64,000 bases of DNA from Cyanophora paradoxa CCMP329 (lineage: Eukaryota; Plantae; Glaucophyta), in assembly GCA_004431415.1 (NCBI GenBank), contig QPMI01000111.1, positions 48,018-112,017 on the forward strand, in the 5' to 3' direction. A model generated the notes under the pieces. It was not told the origin of the DNA and did no database searches. It saw only the letters and a program-made list of their open reading frames with translations. The position numbers and the translations under genes were made by a program. Positions 25,808 to 36,150 of this stretch are shown here, one piece after another. Each line of letters starts with the position of its first letter. The stretch's first letter is position 1.

Positions 25808-26815
25808 CGCCATCGACAACAGCGAGATCCTTCTCAATGGCCTTCAAGCTCGATATCAAGTCCGATAGCGAGCCTTCACGTAGCACTAGGGCGAGCCTGT
25901 CTCAATAGCGAAATTGGACTTGGGAATGCAATGATATATACGTACTATAGTACTACGTATACGTATACACTAGTACTGGCCGGATATGGTACACTTAGGG
26001 GCGCTCTTTGAACGAACACTGTTTGAATGAACATGAACGAACAGCCTTTTTACTGAACTGAACGAACGTGAACAAAGAAACCGCTGTTCATGAACACCGA
26101 CTTCTTCGGCAGGGGGGCCCCCGAAGCCCCGGTTTCGGGCCACTTTCGGGCAAGTTTCGGCACGGAAACCGTCAGAAACCACCGGAAAGAGGTAATTCGC
26201 CCTCTGATTAATCCGTTTTAGCAACTTCTATGGCTTTTTCCTTTTATCACGCGAAGCGCGAGAAGCTCTCGGGGGCGGGATGGGGGAGGAATGCCGTCAG
26301 GAGGAATTCCTGAAAATAGGGCGGGGAGCTGTGACTGGAGTGCCGTCAGGAGGAATTCCTTTTTTTTTGAGTAGCGGTAATCTAATTCAAAGCACAGTCC
26401 ACAGAGCATGATCTAGTCTAAGAAACTATACTACGATAGAGGTGTAGTGTAGTAGCGAACGCTAGCTAGCTTGGTGGAGGTGTTGAATGTAGAAGGTCCC
26501 CCGTGGTTGTTACGCCGTCCACTGCCGACCGCCTGCCGGATTCCTAGGGCGTGAAGCCGGACCTGGTTCTGCATCTCGCAGGGTCCTCCTCCTAGCAGGG
26601 GCCTTACTCCTTGGTGGAGGTGTAGGGCCTCCTTTTGTGGCATCCCGAGGGCTGTCCACTAAGGATTGGTCTTGGCCGTGGTTGGGGGCGCACGTAGCTC
26701 GTCTCCGACACTGGGTGCACTGAGCATATAGCGCAGGCGTCGGCCGGAGAGTACTACGGTTTTAATGTCTGGAACTTATTTATTAGACTCTAGGTCTCAT
26801 AGTGACTATGGATGC

Positions 26816-27546
26816 TTATAGTGACAGGTTCAGACCGAATGGGGCAACTCCCCCAATGTGGTATTGGATCAAGGCTTCTTGTATGAGTATCTGGTCCTGC
26901 GCGTTTTCCGGGCAGATTATGCCGGGTTCGCGGTTATCACGGTATGTGCGGAGCTTATGGAGGCGGGCATGACACCAGCACTGCTGGCACCAACCTCTCA
27001 GTTGGTCAGCATGTGTATCTCGCCATTCGGGCGCGTTCTGGAGTCGTCGTTGGGGTCCAGCCGATATGGCTGGCCCGTTCTCGGCTGTCTCTTCATCCCC
27101 ATCTGCTTGGGGCGAGGGCTGTTCCGCTGCAAAGTGCTGGGTCAGTGGACGCATTCGAACTTTACGTCTTGCGCGTATGCGGGGCTTGCGGGCTTCGTAC
27201 GCTTTAGCTTCTTCTGCATTAAGACCGTAGAAGTCCGCCTCGCTGATAGCCGCTTGCGCGCGTTGCACTGGGCGCGCTGCAGCCGGTTGGGGGCCCTGGC
27301 CAGCGGTGGCGGGCTGCTGCTGCTGCTCGCTACGCTTATCGACCTTCATGCGCTGGGTAATCCCGTGTGTTTTCTCCCACTTGAGCATGTCGTCGCAGCG
27401 CTTCTTCCATATCGCGCGTAGCGCTTGCTGGATCTTGTCTACGATGTCCGTCGGCGTTTGCCGCGCCTTACGCTTCGGCACGCCCAAGAGCTCGAGTGCC
27501 TTGTCGAAGCCAGAGGGAAGCACGAGGTGCAGTAGCGCGCTGGGGG
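26816..27546 (-). CDS. displaced C-terminus of the LINE polyprotein
   Basis: PSALLHLVLPSGFDKALE..AIWKKRCDDMLKWEK matches the LINE IWxxR C-terminal motif. It rejoins ..ELRTYP in frame when 27547-30358 plus 4 duplicated G are removed. Confidence 0.8.
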
Positions 27547-27885
27547 TGTGTCGGGACTAACTGGGTATACTCTCCCCCCACTCCTAAGGACTTTGTTCAA
27601 TTCCCGGTGTGGTGTGTTATTCTTCGAGCTCGGCGCACGGGCAGCCGCGGGGTCACCGCCAAAACTCGAGCCGGGGCAAGACACAGGTCAGAGTGTGAGA
27701 GATAGGCCCGGAGTCAAAACTCAGAGTGTGCCTGCCGACCTTGCACATTGATAACACTGGCATACCAGCCGCGGACAACGCAGGCTAGAAGCGGCGGTGC
27801 TACCTACGGGGGCGAGAAGCCGCGGACGACGCAGGCAGGGCCCTCTGAAGGGGGGCGCGCAACTTCCCCCTGGGGTTCCTACAAA
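27547..27885 (-). ncRNA. predicted Fanzor omegaRNA scaffold region
   Basis: Positional inference: it lies between the Fanzor stop and the element end, where TnpB/Fanzor omegaRNAs are encoded. Not verified structurally. Confidence 0.45.
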
Positions 27886-29448
27886 CTACGATGGGGCAGA
27901 GGAGGGGCCTGCCGCGTCGGGGCCTGCAGGCGACGACGGAGGAGCTAGGCCGAGGGAGGAAGCGACGCCAGGGGCAAGCTCGGCGTCATCCACGTCAATG
28001 ATGACTTCAGGTGAACCTGCATCATCGATAGCAGCATCGATAGGGGCGCCGGCGCCGGCCGCCACCGGGGCATGCGCAGCAGCCGCATGCACAGCCGCAG
28101 CCGGCGCCGGAGAGCGGGGCGGTCCGAGCGGGGCGAGCCGCACGGGCTTCATCCTCCGCCCCGCGTCCACGCCGGAGAAGAAGCGCAGCGCGATGTTCCT
28201 GCGGGAAGAATTAGAGTTGCGATTACGATCGGAATTACGACCGCAATTACGATGGGAATCTAGGGGCTAAGTGTCGTGGGCCAATAAGTGGGCTACGATT
28301 ACGATCGTGGGCTATAGCGTGGGCTACGATTACGATCGTGGGCTATAGCTAAGTGGGCCACGATTACGATCGTGGGCTATAGCTAAGAGGCCTACGATTA
28401 CGATCGTGGGCTAAGTGGGCCACGATTACGATCGTGGGCTATAGCGAAGAGGCCTACGATTACGATCGTGGGCGTGGGCCACGATTACGATCGTGGGCTA
28501 TAGCTAAGAGGCCTACGATTACGATCAGAATTACGATCGTAATTTAGGTTTCTGGGGCGCTAGGGGGGCTACGATTAGCTACAGCTAGCCACTAGCCCAG
28601 CTATAGGCCTTGGCTAGAGCTACGATTACGACCCAGAATTACGACCCAGAATTACGACCGTCGGAATTACGACCGCAATTACGATGGGAATCTAGGGCGC
28701 TAAGGGGGCTACGACTACGACCAGAACTAGAGCTACGGTCGGAATTACGATCGGCGGTTCGGGTTCGGGGGCTAAGAAGCCACGCGTCACGCTATCACGA
28801 TAAAAAGAGCTGGTGTACTGCACGGACCGGGCGGCGTTGAAGTCCCTGTCCATCTTGGCGCCGCAGCGGGGGCAGTCGAAGGTCTCGCTCGCGCCGATGT
28901 CCGAGTGGATGTACGTGCAGCGCCCGCACGTCTTGGTGGTGTAGTGCTCCAGCACGAGGAGGACCGTGCACTCCGGGCGGTGCAGGGCGGCCTGCTGCAG
29001 GATGCAGCGGAACCTGCGCAGTGGATCACGACCAGGACGGGACGGACGGACGGACGCCTTCGAACGGCGGGCGGCAGCGGGCAGCACTCACTCGTAGTGG
29101 CGGCAGGAGAGAAGCTGCCGCGCGCCGGACGGCCCGAGGACGCGCCCCTTGCGCCGGACCTAGAGACAGAAGCATCAGAGAGGGCGGCGGCAGGCCCACC
29201 GGGAGGACAGCGGACCATCTCGCTCGTGCGGAACTCCGGGATGAAGATGTAGTCGAAGTTCTCCACGAGGAAACTGAAGCGGAAACGGGGGACGGTCGCA
29301 GCGAATTTTGAGGCCCACAGAGCCGCCCGCACCGGGCGATGAGGCGGAGGGTCTCCGTGCCCACGTTGCGCTCGTGCTCGTAGCCCCGGAGCACCTTCTT
29401 CCGGAGCCGGTGCAGGGTACGGGAGGGCGCTGACCTGGGGCGATCCAT
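27886..29448 (-). CDS. Fanzor (eukaryotic TnpB), N-terminally truncated, 5 exons: 29448-29333, 29273-29216, 29159-29092, 29013-28828, 28198-27886
   Basis: The spliced 246 aa read ..LRKKVLRGYEHERNVGTETLRLIAR/FLVENFDYIFIPEFRTSEM/VRRKGRVLGPSGARQLLSCRHYE/FRCILQQAA..VLEHYTTKTCGRC..FDCPRCGAKMDRDFNAAR/NIALRFF. This gives the Fanzor RuvC-II region, a 4-Cys Zn ribbon and RuvC-III. All four introns are GT-AG and keep frame. Confidence 0.9.
28210..28755. repeat. tandem array (core ACGATTACGATCGTGGGCT) inside Fanzor intron 4
   Basis: About 8 core copies at 28296-28526 with short recurring linkers. A 37-bp direct repeat tcggaattacgaccgcaattacgatgggaatctaggg occurs at 28229 and 28661. Confidence 0.9.
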
Positions 29449-29937
29449 CAGGCGTAGGGGTGCCTCGAGCACTTGGAACCGCGTTCAGTGTGCTCGAGTT
29501 CACGTTCGGGCGGTGCGTAGAGCGCGCGCCGCCCCGCCGGAGCGCGCGCGCGGCACCAGCAGCTCAATTCAAATCGCAGGGCGTCCGACGGCGTGCGCGG
29601 ACGAACGGCGTTTAGCGTCGGTCAGTATGCCCTACAAGATGTTGTTTACGGGCCGATAAGGCGGTTGCCCGCAGTGCCCGCAGCATGGATTACCGCCGGT
29701 CCTGGAGCCCAGGGCCGGAGGAGGGCTGGGAGGAATCGCCGCCTGTATACGCATCGGACTTCAGCTATGAAAGGTCATGATCCCGCGTGTATCTACGAGG
29801 GCTCCGAGGCTGAGCCCCAACTCGTGCAGAGCTGTCACAGGGCGACGAAAGCGAACAGCCCCCAATCGAGCACAAGCCTCCTCTCGAGCAGAGGCTGTTC
29901 CAGAGGAGGACTCTGACGGCGACCCGCCCCCACTTGT

Positions 29938-30276
29938 TCAGCTCAGAAAAGATGCGTTAAAGAGAAACGAACCGCCTAGAACGACCTCGTAATCGAAGAC
30001 CGGAGAATCCAGGTCGTCCGGCGCACACATCACTTCGAACCGCTCGGGCTTACGGCAGTCCGCCGAAAATCGATCAATCTCCAATTCGTCCCTGTACTCG
30101 ATGAACTCAACGATGGGCCGGCCGCCCAGCCAGTCCAGAAACGCGCCCCTAACCGCCTCCGTCCAGGAACGCTGGAGATCCGACCGCAAGAGAAGGACGC
30201 GCTGGTTGCGCGTACCGACGAAGAACTGAATTGGACGGATTTCCGCGGCGGCAGGCGCCGCCCCCGTGCCCTGCAT
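29938..30276 (-). CDS. hypothetical protein inside the Fanzor element (may splice further)
   Basis: ATG-initiated protein-like ORF ~80 bp inside the TIR. No transposase motif recognised. Confidence 0.4.
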   Translation of the reverse strand: MQGTGAAPAAAEIRPIQFFVGTRNQRVLLLRSDLQRSWTEAVRGAFLDWLGGRPIVEFIEYRDELEIDRFSADCRKPERFEVMCAPDDLDSPVFDYEVVLGGSFLFNASFLS

Positions 30277-30358
30277 AACGCACGCAACAACTTTGCCCGC
30301 CTCTTTTCAAACTTGACTCGGGAGCTAGGGTAGAGAATAACCAGTTGGTGCCGACATA

Positions 30359-32979
30359 GGGGGGTACGTGCGCAGTTCTGTAAGGAGCGCTCGTAGCGGC
30401 TGCCAGCGCTCGTCGGGCATGGGCTGCGTGCGCCCGTACTTGTCAGTGCATACCGCGTGCATAGGGAAGGCCAGGTGCGCTGGTTCGCCTGCCTTCCTCG
30501 TCGTGTCTGTCACCTCAAGGAAGGGAAAGAGGTGCATAATGAATGTTACATAACAGCTGCCGAACTTACGCGTCTCTAGGAGCTTACGTACGTGCTCGAC
30601 GAGCGCAAGCTGCAGTTCCATCATCTCGAACGAGGTTTGGGCACATGTGAAGACGTGTGCGTGATCCTCGACTGGTCCCTGCCATGTTAGTGTTGGTTTT
30701 CCGTCGCGGAATTCTGTTTGATGCCTGCCGCAGCGGGGGCAGGCTGCCCGCGGGTTGACCGACGCGTACAGTTGTGGTGCGTCCCTCACGCGGCGCTTCA
30801 TCGTGGGGAGCATATTCGTGACGATCTGTATGATAGTTTTGCGCAGGCCTGACATCGCCTCATTTGAGCGGCGTGCGCGCCCGCGGCCCAGTAATGTGAG
30901 TAGTTCAAACATCGGCCGGAAGTCTGATAATGGGTGGCGGACCGCTTCTCCTGCCGAGGGAAGTGCGCGCCACGCAATGAAGCTTTGCAGGTGCACTATA
31001 GCTCTGGCGAACGCTGTTGGGTCGCCTTCTACTCGCAGTGCTCTCATCTGGTATGGCCCCCAGCGCCATGCGGCGAATTGGTCGTAGCTGGTTCCCGGTG
31101 GGTCCCGTTGGACCATAAACAGTTCTACCAAGAATCCTCCTGGCAGGAACATCGGTGCTGGAAGGTAGCCTTGCCCTTCCTCTCGTGCCTTGTTTGCATA
31201 TTTGTCCACTAGGTCATTGAATGGATCATACTTCACGTTCAGGATTTTCTCTCCCTCGTCTTCCCGTGTTACCCTGGTAGGGCGCGATTTGATCGTGGTC
31301 GCTGGGACTGAAACTGTTTTGTTGGGCGCAGTCTTCGGAGGTGCTGGTTTGGTCGGGGCTGGTCCGAGTTGGACTCCTGGGCCATTGTAGATGATCTGAC
31401 ATGCCTTCACTGCAGGTGGTGTGTCCTTGTCCACAAGATATCGCTGGAGTGTCCAATTGAATTGCGCATTGTAGGAGTGGAACGTGATCATCGTGGGGTG
31501 GGGGAACTCTCCAAAGTAGGTTCCTGTCATTGAGACCGATGTTTTAGGTACTCTGATATAATCCCACAGGATGTAGTATCCGTCGAATTCCAGGCGAGTA
31601 AATGGGATGCGTGCGTATCCCGGGTGGGGCCCCTTGCCCCGCCAACGGGGATTCGCCGTTTCGTAATCTACTACCATGTCGGCTCGGAGACTGGTCGGGA
31701 ATTCCCGCAGGGGATCCAAGATGATGCGGTAGCCTTTTTCTTCTATATATGCTCTCGAATATTGTGCTTCTAGTAGGATTTTCTCCCACATGGTACTCAT
31801 GATGTATCGCACTCCGTTGGGTAGGTCCAGGAGCCTATCGATTGAGACCCACGCTCCGAAGGATGTGAGGTCATCCAGTGAGTTATCATTGTCGGTGGGG
31901 TTAAATGAGTGGCAGCTGACATCCGGGGTCTGGGGAACAGGAGGCGTGACCGCGTCTGGTTGGATACTTGGTGGGGAATCTGGATATTGGAGCCAGTTGT
32001 GCGGGGTCCATCTTTGGTATATGCAATGCGGTTTAGGGATCCAGCGTCTTTGATGTGCGGATACCCATTGTGCTTGCAGTGATAAGCCCTTGAGTGTGGG
32101 GTGTTTCTGCTGGATGGCTTGTTGTACGGTGCGAAGTGATTGCCAGACTCGCACTTCTGCCGCGTACGGGTTCTGCAGTTGCTTCCTGGTGGTGGGTCGG
32201 CGCCCGCCAAGGCTTGCCAGCAGGTTAGCCGTCAGCAGGGAGTCGGTGTAAGCCCTTTTGTGTGTTCCGTTAAGACTGTCTACAAACATCACGCTCAAGA
32301 TCTCGCCTTTGTTGTTCTCTTGTCGTCCGTATAGGACTGTGTGTAAGTCCTCCCTTGCCTGTGCCTCACTCTCTTGTCGCGTCAGGCTGGCCAGTGGTTG
32401 GCCTCGGTTCAACGCTAATTCCTCGCCTGCATCGGTCAGTTTGATTGCTGAGATCCCTGTGACATTCGGAAAGCTCAGTCGCTCGGTGAACCGTGGGAGG
32501 CTAATGCAGGTCGATTTCGTGCTTGCGTCTGTGTAATATGCGTTGCCGCTTCCGGCCTGGAGTTGGAGCATGTCTGAGTCCGTTAATAGATCTTTGTTGT
32601 ACGTCTCGGTCAGTCTTTTAAATGCTGCTTCGAGGAATAGTATGATCTTGAACGATGACACAGATCTATCCGCAAGGTCAACGTCAGCCAGCCAGTCGGC
32701 CATCTGCAGTTGGAGTTGGTACCGTCCCGCAGGAGGAGCTTCCTCTTGCTGGGGCTGGCCTGCGGGGATCGAGGCATCCCGGCTTTCCTTCTTAAATTCT
32801 TCATGGAGGTACTGGGCTTCTTGTTTGAAGGTCTCCATATCGTCTTCTGTCATACACAGGATCTGAACTTGTTTATTCTTGTTCTTAGTTTCGATACGGT
32901 CTGGATCGTTGATCAGCATCTGCTTCCTCCGTCGTCTGCCGGGGATTGTTGGTGGGGTCCACCCTGCTGGTTTGATCAC
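30359..32979 (-). CDS. LINE RNase H + CCHC zinc-knuckle segment
   Basis: RNase H motifs YYTDAS, KGEIL, AYTDSL, QWVSAH, NDLVDKYA. CPRC...EDHAHVFTC is the zinc knuckle. The frame is broken by the TIR element at 30358. Confidence 0.85.
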
Positions 32980-32994
32980 TTTGATTATCTGAAC

Positions 32995-35900
32995 TTAAAG
33001 AATATTGTACAGGTACTCTAGCCATCTGCATGTATTATGGCTGTGGCCCGGTGTTTCCAGTGCGGCTTCCCAGTTGTCACAGGCCTTGGGGTGTGGGCAC
33101 CATTCGAACTGTTTGATCGGGCCTGCTGGTGTGTCTTTTGGTTCGTCGTACAGTGCGAAACAATGGTTCAGGATGACCATCCGCATTGTGCCTTGGGGGT
33201 GTTCAAAGGAGGTGTGTGATGATGTCGATTGGGCTGGGGAGGCTGGTACTTGCAGTGGGGGTTCGGCCTCATCCTCTGTCGCAGATCCGCTGGATGCTTC
33301 TCCTGTCACGTCTGTTTCGACTGAGCTACTCTCGTAACTGTTCTCCGATTCAGGGTACGTGTATGTAAGTGTGTCGTTTTGGATGTCAACGATCACGTGT
33401 GCTATAACCTCGCCTAGCAGTCCTGCCGTGGTCATCACGTAGTCTCCTACTCGGATGTCCGTTTCAAAGGTTTTGAGCGCGTGTTTAAGGTTGACCTGGA
33501 GCGTGGATGGGAGGGGTGATTCTAACTTGCCCGTGGCTGGGTCTTGTAGTTCGAATCTGACTGTTTTGAACCATGTAGGTTCTGTCTGGCGGTGGAAAGG
33601 GACTTGTCCCCTCATTCTTAGGTCCGCCCAGCTGGCCAGCCTCTGTCCATCAGCTGTGCAGACGTCTTGCGTAGTAAGCAGGCCATGGTCTCTGAGCTGT
33701 GGACCGTGTTTCTTGAGTGTGTGGCCTGAAAGGTGCGTGGTAATGACGTAGTTTCTGCTTAAATTCTTGACTCGCTCATGCGTCCATTTAGGTGTGAGGA
33801 TCTGGAGTTCGCCGCTTGGGGCCAGGTGATATGTCCCGTCGTTTCTGCTGTCGAAGAAGAGGTTGGACTCAATCATTTCGCGCGCAATCCCAAGGATCAG
33901 GTTTGTGTTGGCCTGTCGTTCGGAGATGCGCAGTTGTGGGTAGCAGCTCGGCAACAGCAGTAAGCCCAGTTCATATTGCGTTGCTTTTACCCTGTGCTGA
34001 TATACTTTGCTGACCAGGGTATCAGCCACATGGTTGAGTCTCGTCTTCTTGTCTAGGAGGTGCATTTTTAAATGGTAGTATTGTATTGGGTGTAAACCGT
34101 AAATGTCGGGCGTGTGGAGTACTGCTGACGGGAACCCTCGGTGAAGACTTGCTTTTTCTTTGAGTAACCCTCGAAATATACGATCGATTTGATTCCGTTT
34201 CGTCTCAGACAAAGTGAGCACTTTGAGTCCGTATGTTATCCGTGGCATTATCACTACGTGGGTGAGGAAGATGATTTCTGTGTCTGTCAGGCGTTTTGGT
34301 CGGAGGATAGCTGCTGCCATCTTAGCCTTCTCGAGCATGTTCTGGAATTGGTGCGTCCAGTTCAGTGTCATCGTGAGCCAAACCCCAAGGAGTTTAAATG
34401 TTTCGTTAGGCTGGTGGATTTTAGGAACCGGAACCAGTCCTGCTCTCGTATAGATTTCTAGTTTTGTCAGGGGTTTGGCTTTGCTGATTCGAGGTCGCCA
34501 ATATGTTGCTACTGTTTTTGGCGCGCTGAGCTCTATGTCGTGTACCGTATAGAACGCTGACATTAGTTTGACCATTTGCTGAAGTCCTTCTATTGACCCG
34601 CTAAGCAGGACGTCGTCGTCGGCGAAGGCCACATCATCCACCCAAACTGGATCTGGGGCCCATTCCTGGGGTAGTCCTTTCTTCTGAGGAGCCGGTCCAA
34701 ACTGGTAGCTCCAGCCATGTTGCTTTGCAAGTTTAGATATGATTCGCTCTTTCTGATCTACAAAAATCCGCCAGAAGAGTGGGCTTTGGTTTGCTCCTTG
34801 CGCCATTCCGCATTGGATCTCAAATAAATCTGACAGCCCCAATCCCGTTATTGCTCGTCCCATTCTCTTCTCATCCCATCTTCTGAAGAAGGCAATGATT
34901 TTCTCTGGGATCTTCTTTTGACGGAGGGCTTTTTCGAGGGACGACCACATGACGCTACAGTATGCCTTTTTGACGTCGACGCCCGCTTTATAGATTGGCT
35001 TGTTAAACTTGTGTGCGTCTTCAATAGCTGCTCTCAAGATGTATCCAAAGTTTGACTCGCTCAGGATTTTGTTATCCTGCATGATTATGGTGAGCCGTTC
35101 TGTGTAGATACTTGCCACTATTTTCAGCAGTGTGTCTTGAAGGGCGATGGGGCGCAGGTTCTCTAATGTACCGTCGTGTGTGCCTGTCTTCGGAAGAGGA
35201 CATATGAGTGCTTCTGCCATTGGGGCTGGCATATCATCCAGGTCCATGAGTTCCCAGATGATTGATTTGATCAGCATCCGTAGTGACGCTGTGAATTCTT
35301 TGTCTACGATCGCGTCGGCATTTCCTATGTGCTTCAGCTTGTCTTCTGCCTGTGCCTTTTCTCCCGGACCGTACTTCAGTGGGAGGTACAGGAATTTGAT
35401 CATTGCATTGCTTAATTGTGATGGTCCTGCTGCCCCGTTTTGGAGTCCGCCTATTATTCTATCTAATTCCTTGTCGTCCGGTAGGTTTGTTGCGTTTGCA
35501 TACGCCTGGTGTGTGATGTCATCTCTTTCAGCATGCATAGCGATCAGGGCTTCGGTCACCTCTTGGCCGAAGAGTTTCAGCCATTCTGTTTTATCTTCTA
35601 TAGGTGCGCGTGGCGCCCACCAATTCTTCCAGTGATTGGCCATGACGGACGTCACTGTGTTTGAGTCGTTACTGTGCTGGAGTTGGCCCTTCTCGTCTTT
35701 CCATACTACATGCATCAGCGGTGTGCGTGATCGTTTTTCCATCACTCCCGCTATGTATGACCCCATTTGTTTGTGGTTCGCCAGCTTGGTCCGTCTTTTG
35801 TGTATTAGGGCCTGCATCTTCAGTCTGTGGTGACTGTTCTTCGCTCTAGAGATCTTGGAATCCATCGTTTCCAGCCAGCTCTTCCAAGTTTCGCAGAAGG

Positions 35901-36150
35901 CCTCCCACGGTCCGTCTTTCTTGTATTCTGGTGGCAGCTCCAGTTTGGACGGCTTGTATTTTGGGATGTCGTGCTGGATGTTATCTTTGTCCTCGTCTAT
36001 CTCCTGGTTATGCTGCTTGATGTGTGCTCGCAGACGTCCTACTTCTTCCAATTTGCTGGGGGTGTCTCGTGGCGCCTGCACCCATGCCTTGAGGAGGGTG
36101 CGCCCCCGTCGAACCAGGGCTATGTCTGGGGTTGTGCTTGGATTCTTCAT
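32995..36150 (-). CDS. LINE reverse transcriptase ORF segment
   Basis: ICPLPK..NLRPIALQDTLLKI, GVDVKKAYCSV, GMAQGANQSPLFW, VAFADDDVLL, FKLLGVWL. Apparent short deletion after SNFG and D->C in the KAYD motif suggest decay. Confidence 0.95.
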   Translation of the reverse strand: MKNPSTTPDIALVRRGRTLLKAWVQAPRDTPSKLEEVGRLRAHIKQHNQEIDEDKDNIQHDIPKYKPSKLELPPEYKKDGPWEAFCETWKSWLETMDSKISRAKNSHHRLKMQALIHKRRTKLANHKQMGSYIAGVMEKRSRTPLMHVVWKDEKGQLQHSNDSNTVTSVMANHWKNWWAPRAPIEDKTEWLKLFGQEVTEALIAMHAERDDITHQAYANATNLPDDKELDRIIGGLQNGAAGPSQLSNAMIKFLYLPLKYGPGEKAQAEDKLKHIGNADAIVDKEFTASLRMLIKSIIWELMDLDDMPAPMAEALICPLPKTGTHDGTLENLRPIALQDTLLKIVASIYTERLTIIMQDNKILSESNFGYILRAAIEDAHKFNKPIYKAGVDVKKAYCSVMWSSLEKALRQKKIPEKIIAFFRRWDEKRMGRAITGLGLSDLFEIQCGMAQGANQSPLFWRIFVDQKERIISKLAKQHGWSYQFGPAPQKKGLPQEWAPDPVWVDDVAFADDDVLLSGSIEGLQQMVKLMSAFYTVHDIELSAPKTVATYWRPRISKAKPLTKLEIYTRAGLVPVPKIHQPNETFKLLGVWLTMTLNWTHQFQNMLEKAKMAAAILRPKRLTDTEIIFLTHVVIMPRITYGLKVLTLSETKRNQIDRIFRGLLKEKASLHRGFPSAVLHTPDIYGLHPIQYYHLKMHLLDKKTRLNHVADTLVSKVYQHRVKATQYELGLLLLPSCYPQLRISERQANTNLILGIAREMIESNLFFDSRNDGTYHLAPSGELQILTPKWTHERVKNLSRNYVITTHLSGHTLKKHGPQLRDHGLLTTQDVCTADGQRLASWADLRMRGQVPFHRQTEPTWFKTVRFELQDPATGKLESPLPSTLQVNLKHALKTFETDIRVGDYVMTTAGLLGEVIAHVIVDIQNDTLTYTYPESENSYESSSVETDVTGEASSGSATEDEAEPPLQVPASPAQSTSSHTSFEHPQGTMRMVILNHCFALYDEPKDTPAGPIKQFEWCPHPKACDNWEAALETPGHSHNTCRWLEYLYNIL

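Larger units (their letters stand above)
27547..30358 (-). mobile_element. non-autonomous TIR element (2812 bp) carrying Fanzor, inserted in the LINE
   Basis: 27-bp imperfect TIRs: tgtgtcgggactaactgggtatactct vs the reverse complement of the right end, tatgtcggcaccaactggttattctct. Both flanks are G runs, and a 4-bp GGGG TSD restores the LINE frame. No transposase seen. Confidence 0.8.

Noticed and set aside
23224-25815. 8-bp TSD making the foldback a hAT element
   Set aside because: The flanks gcaaatcc and cgccatcg do not match.
28210-28755. CRISPR array next to a TnpB/Cas12-like gene
   Set aside because: Linkers are short and recurring rather than unique spacers; it is an intronic minisatellite.
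31219-32052. Intein in the LINE RNase H
   Set aside because: No Cys/Ser start, no His-Asn end and no LAGLIDADG motif.
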